Part shown: in pieces, positions 8,862 through 15,908 of the stretch
Position numbering within the stretch: position 1 is the stretch's first letter
Layout of the letters: each line of letters opens with the position of its first letter
Assembly: GCA_016839445.1 (NCBI GenBank)
Contig: JAEOUG010000151.1
Coordinates: 1-15,908, forward strand
Reading direction: 5' to 3'
Length of the DNA stretch: 15,908 nt
Origin: Candidatus Thorarchaeota archaeon
GTDB lineage: Archaea > Asgardarchaeota > Thorarchaeia > Thorarchaeales > Thorarchaeaceae
Notes under the pieces: model-generated
Database searches by the model: none
Seen by the model: only the letters and a program-made list of their open reading frames with translations
What the model was told of the DNA's origin: nothing
Position numbers and translations under genes: made by a program

Positions 8862-9518
8862 CTACAGTGGCGCCTTGCGGTAGGCATCAGGAATGCGAAT
8901 GCTTGAGTCACCTTCGAAGACGTCCCTCAAGAGCTCGATGTGTTCATCCAAGTCCTTGAGCAGTTTGTCGCGAGCATTCGGCTCGATGTTCGGCTCCACA
9001 ACCCAGATCGTGAGATAGTTGCTCACTACGCCAATCTCTATCGCTCCTTCCTCGAAGTCGCGGAAGATTGTGACCTTGACGAGGAACTCGCTCTCATACA
9101 TGTTCAGAATATCGCGCACGCTTATCATAACAAGATCAAGGAAGCCTACGAGGTCCTCGAGCCGCGGATTGTCCTCCACGTTGCCCCTCATGGTTTCTGT
9201 GAGCGTTTGGATTGACGATGCAGTGTGCTTGAGATTCTCAAACATGTGCATCAGCTTAGTGAACTCCCGGATAGAGGACTCAAGAGCAGGAACTAGTCTA
9301 TCATAGAGATTCACTAAGAGGATTCCCTTGGTGTTCTCACGCAGATCCTGGAAGCCTTCGAGCTTTCCGAGAGAGCCGTCCAGATGTTCAATCTGCATGA
9401 TGGTGTTTGTTACAGCCTGAATCGATTTCACAGATTTCCTCTGTATATTGGCCCACTTCTCCACGAAGGTGTCAAGCCCGTCGCGGAGGTCATCAAGGGA
9501 GTCAAGATACTGTGACAC
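8862..9518 (-). CDS. All-helical hypothetical protein, candidate CINP/C1orf109(AIRIM)-like
   Basis: GTG start with GGAGTAGG upstream and TATA-like TTATAT near 9561-9556. Motifs KWANIQ...N, LEGFQDLRE, ILNMYESEFLVKVTI and NYLTIWVVEPNIE resemble my recollection of the CINP/C1orf109 family. Confidence refers to the family call; the ORF itself is solid. Confidence 0.6.
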   Translation of the reverse strand: MSQYLDSLDDLRDGLDTFVEKWANIQRKSVKSIQAVTNTIMQIEHLDGSLGKLEGFQDLRENTKGILLVNLYDRLVPALESSIREFTKLMHMFENLKHTASSIQTLTETMRGNVEDNPRLEDLVGFLDLVMISVRDILNMYESEFLVKVTIFRDFEEGAIEIGVVSNYLTIWVVEPNIEPNARDKLLKDLDEHIELLRDVFEGDSSIRIPDAYRKAPL

Positions 9519-9661
9519 CGATTTTCCTACTCCGTGACAACCTCATTTCCACAGCATATAACTGATTCTGCGGGGGCACAAAGGCCTATGAGAGCTAGTA
9601 TCATCCAGATGCTCCTCGGTGGGCTGCGCGTCGCACACATCACTTGAAAGCAGGGGGCAAG

Positions 9662-10216
9662 TCACCGCTGCCTACGTGGAGGCCCTGTCAGCTTCATCAC
9701 ATCGGATCGAGTGACGATGCCCTGCAATCGTCCTTGGCTCTGGACAAGAATCGCTTGATATGTCTGGAGCAGATCGGCTGCGATGTCTGCTGGAGTACCA
9801 GGGTCAACTGTGGGAACGCCTTCTGGGCTCATTACTGCTTGCACCGAGAGAGCGCTCATGTCGTGCTGCAGATTGCGGATTACGTCGCGCTCGGTGACCA
9901 TGCCGACAATCTGAGTTCCTCGCAACACAGGTATTTGAGAGTAGCCGCCATTCTGCATCTTCTCAACTGCGTATGCTGCGCTCTGGCGGGCGTCTACTGT
10001 TTCGGGGTTCGAAGTCATAATGTCAGAACACTTCGCCTGGTGCCTCTGAGTCAGAGCGGCGATGATTCTGTTCGCGACAGAGAGCTTGGGATCGAGAGAA
10101 CCTCTCTCAAGTCTCGCAATATAGGACTGCGATACGTCTACGAGTGAGGCTAGCTCTGCCTGCGTCATTCCATTCTCCAGACGCAGTTTCTGTAGATGAC
10201 TCGGTGTTAGTTGCAT
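9662..10216 (-). CDS. XRE/Cro-type HTH plus tandem CBS domain transcriptional regulator (COG3620-like)
   Basis: LRLENGMTQAELASLVDVSQSYIARLERGSLDPKLS HTH; CBS motifs IMTSNPETV, YSQIPV, VGMVTERDV, GIVTRSDV. Confidence 0.92.
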   Translation of the reverse strand: MQLTPSHLQKLRLENGMTQAELASLVDVSQSYIARLERGSLDPKLSVANRIIAALTQRHQAKCSDIMTSNPETVDARQSAAYAVEKMQNGGYSQIPVLRGTQIVGMVTERDVIRNLQHDMSALSVQAVMSPEGVPTVDPGTPADIAADLLQTYQAILVQSQGRLQGIVTRSDVMKLTGPPRRQR

Positions 10217-10227
10217 GGGGTCGTCTG

Positions 10228-10272
10228 ATTCCCATTGGTAATAAGTGCTTCGTTTTGATTACCAAGAGGAAT
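10228..10272. promoter_or_regulatory. Imperfect palindrome (candidate operator) in the divergent regulator/mat intergenic region
   Basis: ATTCC-ca-TTGGTAAT-N15-ATTACCAA-ga-GGAAT; core arms at 10235-10242 and 10258-10265. Confidence 0.55.
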
Positions 10273-10281
10273 TACACACCC

Positions 10282-10294
10282 AAAGCTATTTATC
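10282..10294 (+). promoter_or_regulatory. Putative BRE/TATA element for mat, possibly shared with the divergent gene
   Basis: AAAGCTATTTATC about 65-75 nt upstream of the mat ATG; reads GATAAATAGC on the minus strand. Confidence 0.45.
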
Positions 10295-10359
10295 GAGCAA
10301 ACTCGCGCGTCGATGGAAGTAACTCCGCTTACTGACAACACACTAGCGAGTTGAATATC

Positions 10360-11559
10360 ATGAATCTAGAAGTAACACGCGGAATTGGACCCAGCGTTGA
10401 TAAGCACAAAGTGGAGATCGTTGAACGGAAGGGCAAGGGTCACCCCGATACTCTCTGCGACAAGGCTGCAGAGGAGCTGTCAGTACGATTAAGCCAGTAC
10501 TACATGGAGACTTTCGACAGAGTACAACATCACAATGTTGACAAGGTTCTGCTAGTCGGAGGGCAATCAAATGCACGCTTCGGCGGTGGAGATGTCATTG
10601 AGCCAATCTACATTCTCCTGAGCGGTAGGGCTGTCGACGTGGTGGACAAGGACTATGAGCGACAGGTGCCAGTAGGGAAGTTCGCAGTTGAGCACACCAG
10701 GCACTGGCTGAGCAAGGACCTTCCACATCTTGATGTCAACTCTGATGTCATAATCGACTACAAGATCAGGGCGGGCAGCACTGACCTTGTTGGTAACTTC
10801 GATATCGAGACTGGTATCCCAAGGGCAAATGACACCTCATTTGGAGTTGGCTACGCCCCGTTCTCGCCAACGGAACTAATCACTCTGGAGTCAGAGCAAG
10901 TCCTCAATAGCGAGAAGGTGAAGAAGCAGTGGCCGCAGATAGGTGAAGACATAAAGATCATGGGCACGAGGATTGATGACCGCATTCATGTACAGGTTGC
11001 TGCCGCAATCATCTCAAGCGAGACCAAGGACCGAGATGAATACATGAGTGTCATGGAAGGAATCAAAGACATCATTCTTGACCTCTCAGCGAAGATAACA
11101 GACATGAGCGTAGAAGTGAGTGTCAACACCGCCGATGCCCCTGATGACAATCTGTTCTACCTCACCGTGACCGGCACCTCAGCCGAGCATGGAGATGACG
11201 GACAGGTTGGAAGAGGTAACCGTGCGAACGGTCTCATCACACCGTACCGCCCAATGACTCTTGAGGCCGCGGCAGGAAAGAATCCGGTTTCACACGTAGG
11301 AAAGACCTACAATGTGGCGGCAAGGGAGATCACTCAGAGAGTCCATAAGGAGAACCCTGACCTCGACCAGGTCTACTGCTACCTGGTGTCACAGATTGGC
11401 GCACCCATCACTGAGCCTAAGGCCATCAACGTCGAGCTCTATGGTGAGTGCGACATCGAGAAGGCTTCTAAGTCAGTCGAGTCAATCACTGAGGAAGTCA
11501 TCAACAAGCTTCCAAGAGTCTGGGAAGGCTTCGTCAAGAGGCAGTACCAGCTCTGGTAG
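10360..11559 (+). CDS. mat: Archaeal-type methionine adenosyltransferase (SAM synthetase)
   Basis: EIVERKGKGHPDTLCD, HHNVDK, ANDTSFGVGYAP, GEDIKIMG, GTSAEHGDDGQVGRGNR and EAAAGKNPVSHVGK. Start is ATG 10360 or TTG 10351. Confidence 0.96.
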   Translation: MNLEVTRGIGPSVDKHKVEIVERKGKGHPDTLCDKAAEELSVRLSQYYMETFDRVQHHNVDKVLLVGGQSNARFGGGDVIEPIYILLSGRAVDVVDKDYERQVPVGKFAVEHTRHWLSKDLPHLDVNSDVIIDYKIRAGSTDLVGNFDIETGIPRANDTSFGVGYAPFSPTELITLESEQVLNSEKVKKQWPQIGEDIKIMGTRIDDRIHVQVAAAIISSETKDRDEYMSVMEGIKDIILDLSAKITDMSVEVSVNTADAPDDNLFYLTVTGTSAEHGDDGQVGRGNRANGLITPYRPMTLEAAAGKNPVSHVGKTYNVAAREITQRVHKENPDLDQVYCYLVSQIGAPITEPKAINVELYGECDIEKASKSVESITEEVINKLPRVWEGFVKRQYQLW

Positions 11560-11572
11560 TGCTAAACAGAAC

Positions 11573-11616
11573 CGTGGGCGAGCTTACCTCGCTCACGTTT
11601 TCTCTCTTTCTTTTCT
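11573..11616 (+). terminator. Hairpin plus pyrimidine/T tract downstream of mat
   Basis: CGTGGGCGAG-cttac-CTCGCTCACG (10 bp, one G-U) followed by TTTTCTCTCTTTCTTTTCT. Confidence 0.7.
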
Positions 11617-11632
11617 GATACACAGGAGTCAC

Positions 11633-11671
11633 TCAGAAGAAAGGAAGTGAGACGGGTATGTTCCCGTCTCA
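11633..11671 (-). terminator. Hairpin plus pyrimidine tract downstream of the M3 peptidase gene
   Basis: TGAGACGGG (11648-11656) / CCCGTCTCA (11663-11671) perfect 9-bp stem, followed on the minus strand by CTTCCTTTCTTCT. Confidence 0.6.
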
Positions 11672-11680
11672 GATCGTCCA

Positions 11681-13657
11681 CTACCTGCCCAGTCCGATTG
11701 ACTCCATGAAGGCATCAGAGTTGGACTCACGGCCCAGAAACTCCCTGACCATTTCGTCAGGATGTCTGCTGCCGCCAGGAGCAAGGATGATCTCTCGGTA
11801 GCCTAAGCCCGTCTTCTCATCCATGATGCCAGCCTCCTTGAACCTAGTGAATAGGTCCTCGGCATACACCTTGCTCCATAGATACGAGTAGTATCCTGCC
11901 TCGTACCCGCCCATCAGGTGACCGAACCCAGCTTCCGGTGTCACAGGCTCACTGAACTCAAAGCCCGTTATCTCTTTCAAGAGCTGCAGATATGCTGCAG
12001 TCGTGTCCTCTGGCGCTTCCGTGTGGTACTTCATATCGATGAGCGAGAAGAACACCTGCCTCAGAGTGAGAAGCCCGATGTCCAGAAGCTTGGCATCAAT
12101 CATCCGCTTCAGGATGTCAGCTGGTAGCTTCTTCTTTGGATCTTCGTAGTGGCCAGAGATCAACTCAAGGACCTCAGCCTCCCAGGCCCAGTTCTCAAGC
12201 ATCTGCGAAGGGGTCTCGATGAAGTCAGGAAGAACTGCGTTGAGTCCGAAGCTGGCGTACTTCGATTTGTTGGTCACAACATGCATGAGGTGCCCGAACT
12301 CATGGAAGAACGTGACGACCTCGGGGTGTCGAAGCAACGAGGGCTGTGTCGTGCTTGGCTTCTTGAAGTTGCCGACCATGGAAGCGATTGGCAAGAGCGC
12401 CTTTCCGTCCTTCACTCTTCTGCCTAGGATGTCAAACACTGCTTGGTGTTTGAACTTACCATCTCTCGGATACAGGTCCAGACAGAACATTCCCATCAGG
12501 CTACCTGTTACCTTGTCGTAGACCTCGAAGGCACGAACGTCATCAGACCAGACATTCGGATTCTTCTGTTCCTTGAACTCAAGGTTGAGCACAATCTGGT
12601 AGACATCCAGAACGCCCTTCACAACCCGGGCCATTGGGAAGTACTCCTTCACAAGGTTCTGATCCACAGCGTACTTCTCTCGCATTAGCATCTCATGGTA
12701 GTAGAAGAGGTCGTAGATCTCGAACTTCACTTTGTCCACAGAGAGCCCGTGCTCCTTGGCCTTGAGTTCTGAAAGAACCTTCAGCTCCTTCTCTCCCAAG
12801 ATTGAGAGCTTGTCCTTCAAATCGTGCATGAAGTCGAAGACTCTCTGGGGCACCTGTGCCATCTTCCTGCTAATCTCGTACTCCGCGAAGGTGCTGAACC
12901 CTAGGAGCTTTGCCTGTCGATCCCTTAGGGCCAACGCGTCTGAGAGCCTCTGGCTGTTTTCCTTGCCACCTCTCCTGTTTAGGGCTAGGTCGATACGTCT
13001 TCGCGTTTCGGGATTCTTGGCATACATTCTCACAGGATAGGCGACTGGCTGGTCAAGTGGTATCTTGTAGTACTCACCGTCGCGTTCAGCGTCCTCATAG
13101 ATAGGGGGAGGCACTCCTTCCAGCTCATCTGCGGTTAGAGGAACTGTTGTGGTTGTCTCATTGAGAACCTGCTGGAAATCGGATGTGAGAACGGTGATGT
13201 TGTTGGCAATCTCCAAGAACTCCATTCGTTTCTCATCATCAAGGGCTGCTCCGAAGTGCCTGAAGTCCTTGAGTATCTTATCCAAGAGGTAGCTGTCCTC
13301 CGCGTTGAGGGACTTCTCCTTCTCCGCAACTCTGGCAAAGACCCTGTACAAGTCGTTCCTAGCGTAGACCTTGTTGAAGAACTTCAGGGACTCCTTCTCT
13401 GCATCGTTGGCAGCCTCTCTCTGTTCCTTGTCTGTTGACACGTATTTTGTGAATGCCACAGGCTGCAGTATCTCGGTCGTTGCAGCCGAGAGCTCTTCGA
13501 ACTGCAGAATCGTCTCGAAGCTCTCCTCACCCTCTGGAGTCTGGGCGATTCTGTCAAGCTCAGCCTCTGCCTTCTTGATTGTCTCCTCCGTGACTGTCTT
13601 GATCTTCTCCGGAGCGATAGACCAGTCGATTTCACGGATGACACCTTGCTCCGTCAT
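11681..13657 (-). CDS. M3A family Zn metallopeptidase (thimet oligopeptidase/neurolysin/oligopeptidase A-like)
   Basis: FFHEFGHLMH (HExxH), DFIETPSQMLENW, DLYPRDGK and FGHLMGGYEAGYYSYLWS; 658 aa. TATA-like TTATAT about 27-32 nt upstream suggests a near-leaderless mRNA. Confidence 0.95.
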   Translation of the reverse strand: MTEQGVIREIDWSIAPEKIKTVTEETIKKAEAELDRIAQTPEGEESFETILQFEELSAATTEILQPVAFTKYVSTDKEQREAANDAEKESLKFFNKVYARNDLYRVFARVAEKEKSLNAEDSYLLDKILKDFRHFGAALDDEKRMEFLEIANNITVLTSDFQQVLNETTTTVPLTADELEGVPPPIYEDAERDGEYYKIPLDQPVAYPVRMYAKNPETRRRIDLALNRRGGKENSQRLSDALALRDRQAKLLGFSTFAEYEISRKMAQVPQRVFDFMHDLKDKLSILGEKELKVLSELKAKEHGLSVDKVKFEIYDLFYYHEMLMREKYAVDQNLVKEYFPMARVVKGVLDVYQIVLNLEFKEQKNPNVWSDDVRAFEVYDKVTGSLMGMFCLDLYPRDGKFKHQAVFDILGRRVKDGKALLPIASMVGNFKKPSTTQPSLLRHPEVVTFFHEFGHLMHVVTNKSKYASFGLNAVLPDFIETPSQMLENWAWEAEVLELISGHYEDPKKKLPADILKRMIDAKLLDIGLLTLRQVFFSLIDMKYHTEAPEDTTAAYLQLLKEITGFEFSEPVTPEAGFGHLMGGYEAGYYSYLWSKVYAEDLFTRFKEAGIMDEKTGLGYREIILAPGGSRHPDEMVREFLGRESNSDAFMESIGLGR

Positions 13658-13787
13658 AATGAGGGTTCAGGAAAGCCGGTTCCATATAAGAGCAACCTTC
13701 TGCGTGATTGAGCAGACACGGCAAGGGTCATAGTCTAGAACTAGAACTATAAACTGAACAGAGAATCAGTATGGTGGAGGATCGTAA

Positions 13788-14207
13788 TTGGTGGACGAAG
13801 AACTAGTGGCTCGACAGAAACTGGCAGCGTTTTCGCTTATCTCCCAGGGTCTTATCTTCTCAGTCTTCGGATTCATCTCTGCATACGTTATTCTTCACTT
13901 CGGCCCGATCGAGATAACTGGTATACTCGCGATGTTCGCCATCTTCGCCGGACCAGCAATCATCCCCCTCACTTTGGGATCAAGACTATATCGAGGCAAG
14001 TTCACGAAGTGGACATACGAGGGGTGGGCGGGCGTGTCTCTGTGTCTAGGCGTCCTGTTTGTGATAACGTTGGCGTTCCGGCGACCCGTCATCTCACCAT
14101 TCTATATTGATTTCCTTGGAATAGTGCATATCGCAGTAGCCCTGACCTTTCTGATGACGCCTTGGGCCATTCTCAGATTGACGCACCTCTACGGAGTCCC
14201 AAGATAG
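13788..14207 (+). CDS. Hypothetical 4-TM membrane protein
   Basis: 139 aa hydrophobic ORF; GGAGG at 13776-13780 and TATAAA at 13748-13753 upstream. Confidence 0.75.
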   Translation: MVDEELVARQKLAAFSLISQGLIFSVFGFISAYVILHFGPIEITGILAMFAIFAGPAIIPLTLGSRLYRGKFTKWTYEGWAGVSLCLGVLFVITLAFRRPVISPFYIDFLGIVHIAVALTFLMTPWAILRLTHLYGVPR

Positions 14208-14327
14208 AGGATAATCAGACCGAGGCGCACACCGAGGCAACGGAAATTGGGAATCGTCCTTCCCACGTTGATTTCTGGAAAAGCTCTTAGGAGGCGTAGC
14301 CCATTCCGGGCGTACGTGGTTTTGGCA

Positions 14328-14918
14328 ATGAGCACATCAGTTTTCGACGACAAAGACATTCTAATTGAAGTATGGAAGGAACGGCGCACAGCGGCTGATG
14401 CATATGTTGAGATGATATGGAAGGGCGGGCAATTCTACTTCGTAATCATCTCAGCGATAGTATCGATTACGTTCGTGGGTCTAGGTGCCTACTGGCAGGC
14501 GGAGGATTCTGTCACGAAGTTGGCCTATGCATTGACACTCTCATTCCTGTCAGTGGTGATACTCGCGTTCTCTTGGCTGGGAATGACCACCGCGAAGAGG
14601 CAATTCAAGAGATTCTTGCTGATGGTTGCCCACGTATGTAAGGTCGAGGCGCTGCTTGGATTCTCTGATCCGGTGCAGGATAGGTTCGAGAAGCTCGACG
14701 TATTTCGAGAGGACACCTACCTGTTTCAGACATATACGGAATCATACAAGGGGCTTTCAGGTCAGAAGAAATTCGCAAAGGAAACAGATTGGGTCGAGAG
14801 CAAGGTCCATGAAGGACCCAACACGTACACCAACATAAGGAATCTCTACGTCCTTCTGATCATGATAGGACTGATGCTCTTCGTTCTTGACCTCTCATTG
14901 ATTGTGGTGCTCTTCTAG
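14328..14918 (+). CDS. Hypothetical 3-TM membrane protein (TM hairpin, soluble loop, C-terminal TM)
   Basis: Likely ATG at 14328 (MSTSVFDDK...); two adjacent TMs, a charged loop and a terminal TM. Confidence 0.75.
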   Translation: MSTSVFDDKDILIEVWKERRTAADAYVEMIWKGGQFYFVIISAIVSITFVGLGAYWQAEDSVTKLAYALTLSFLSVVILAFSWLGMTTAKRQFKRFLLMVAHVCKVEALLGFSDPVQDRFEKLDVFREDTYLFQTYTESYKGLSGQKKFAKETDWVESKVHEGPNTYTNIRNLYVLLIMIGLMLFVLDLSLIVVLF

Positions 14919-15079
14919 GAGAAGCAGCAACCGGAAGCTGCTGTCGACATCCACAAGGGAGTTGCGCGGAATTCACTGTGACATGTTTTTTAAGGACTCA
15001 AGTATAGTCCCAAGCAGGTCAACCCCACATGTCATGCCATGGGGTTAGCTAAACTAAACTGATCAGGAGAATCATAGAA

Positions 15080-15640
15080 TTGGGGAAAATCACGGACCCG
15101 ATTGCTAAGCGCATTCGCAAGAAGGCAGCCAAGGACATCAAGGGTGGCTTCATCGGCAAGATTACGCATTACATTCCTGGATGGCACGGCTACCAGGAGA
15201 AGGAGGAACGACGCGCCGCTGACAAGGTCCTCCGAGAGTTCCTTGCAGACCAGCTCAGACTGGTGAAGCAGGATCTTGAGAAGCTTCAGATGATGGTCGT
15301 TGATTATGAACTCACGAAGACCTGGGAGACTTTCGACAGGATGCTTGCTCTGACTGACAAGATTGAGTCCGCCATAAGGTACGCTGACTACGGCTATGCG
15401 GCCTGGGGCTCAAAGGAGAAGATCAATGAGAAAGAGCTCGACAAGATGTACGAGTTCGACGCGGTCATCATCGAGGACATTGGAGACATCAATGATGTCG
15501 TCGAGGAATTCCAGGACCAAATGAACCAAGGTAAGTTCGACGAGGCCTGGAACTACACATACCGCATGTGGACAGTCATGCAGCGCCTCGAAGAGAAGTG
15601 GAACCAGCGCGAGGGCTTCATGAAAGGCTATCAGGATTAG
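15080..15640 (+). CDS. Conserved helical hypothetical protein (IPGxxGYxxxExRRxADKxLR type)
   Basis: TTG start with AGGAG at 15065-15069; motifs IPGWHGYQEKEERRAADKVLRE, IRYADYGY and ELDKMYEFD; TATA-like TTTTTTAAG near 14986-14994. Confidence 0.85.
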   Translation: MGKITDPIAKRIRKKAAKDIKGGFIGKITHYIPGWHGYQEKEERRAADKVLREFLADQLRLVKQDLEKLQMMVVDYELTKTWETFDRMLALTDKIESAIRYADYGYAAWGSKEKINEKELDKMYEFDAVIIEDIGDINDVVEEFQDQMNQGKFDEAWNYTYRMWTVMQRLEEKWNQREGFMKGYQD

Positions 15641-15652
15641 TCTATGGAGAAT

Positions 15653-15689
15653 ATTCCGGAGCAAGTGCTCCGGAATCCTGACTCTTTTT
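15653..15689 (+). terminator. Hairpin plus T tract after the 15080-15640 gene
   Basis: ATTCCGGAGCA-ag-TGCTCCGGAAT inverted repeat (15653-15676), followed by CTCTTTTT. Confidence 0.6.
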
Positions 15690-15741
15690 GCACTATCACA
15701 AGTACTATCACAGTACGGCATAGAAGTAAGTCAGAGGCACC

Positions 15742-15908
15742 ATGCAGGGCAGTATTCTACAGCTCACCATAGGCGTTCAGTTCTTCTTGCTAGTTGGCTA
15801 TCTGTTCTACCTGCTATTCAGAACCTACCCAACCGGCGATGACCGCGCTTCACTGGTTTCGTACGTAGCTGCCCTACTATCTCTGATCACTCTAGGCCTT
15901 CTTCTCTC
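15742..15908 (+). CDS. Membrane protein, N-terminal fragment (runs off the window)
   Basis: ATG at 15742 after GAGG; open to the edge: MQGSILQLTIGVQFFLLVGYLFYLLFRTYPTGDDRASLVSYVAALLSLITLGLLL. Confidence 0.65.
   Translation, partial: MQGSILQLTIGVQFFLLVGYLFYLLFRTYPTGDDRASLVSYVAALLSLITLGLLL

Noticed and set aside
10295-10359. SAM riboswitch in the mat leader
   Set aside because: The leader is short and I see no recognisable SAM-I/II/III core sequence.
326-15721. Many short antisense or alternate-frame ORFs in the track (e.g. 326-664, 3486-3854, 5722-6156, 7338-7814, 9644-10147, 12219-12521, 15410-15721)
   Set aside because: They overlap well-supported genes, lack motifs, and are expected shadow ORFs where TAA is scarce.
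1-15908. CRISPR array, tRNA/rRNA, transposase or integrase
   Set aside because: No regularly spaced repeats, cloverleaf-like segments or recombinase motifs were seen, and intergenic gaps are all under about 170 bp.

Overview
Gene-dense archaeal window of roughly 50-55% GC. The archaeal call rests on an archaeal-type MAT, an archaeal/eukaryal TrpRS and TATA-like promoters; gene content is compatible with an Asgard (Thorarchaeia-like) genome, which is an inference. From left to right it holds: a Zn-ribbon membrane protein (YdjG-like) broken by a single in-frame TAA; three diverged tandem paralogous membrane proteins; trpS with a putative [4Fe-4S] Cys motif; a multi-Cys/His domain fused to a class I methyltransferase; an amphi-Trp / PhoU-like / CPA1 antiporter operon; an all-helical protein with motifs resembling eukaryotic CINP and C1orf109 (AIRIM); an HTH-CBS regulator divergent from mat, with a long palindrome between them; an M3A (thimet-like) oligopeptidase; and several hypothetical genes. 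The most interesting candidates are the CINP/C1orf109-like gene (a possible eukaryotic signature protein) and a possible SAM-sensing regulator/operator module for mat. No rRNA, tRNA, CRISPR array or mobile element was seen.
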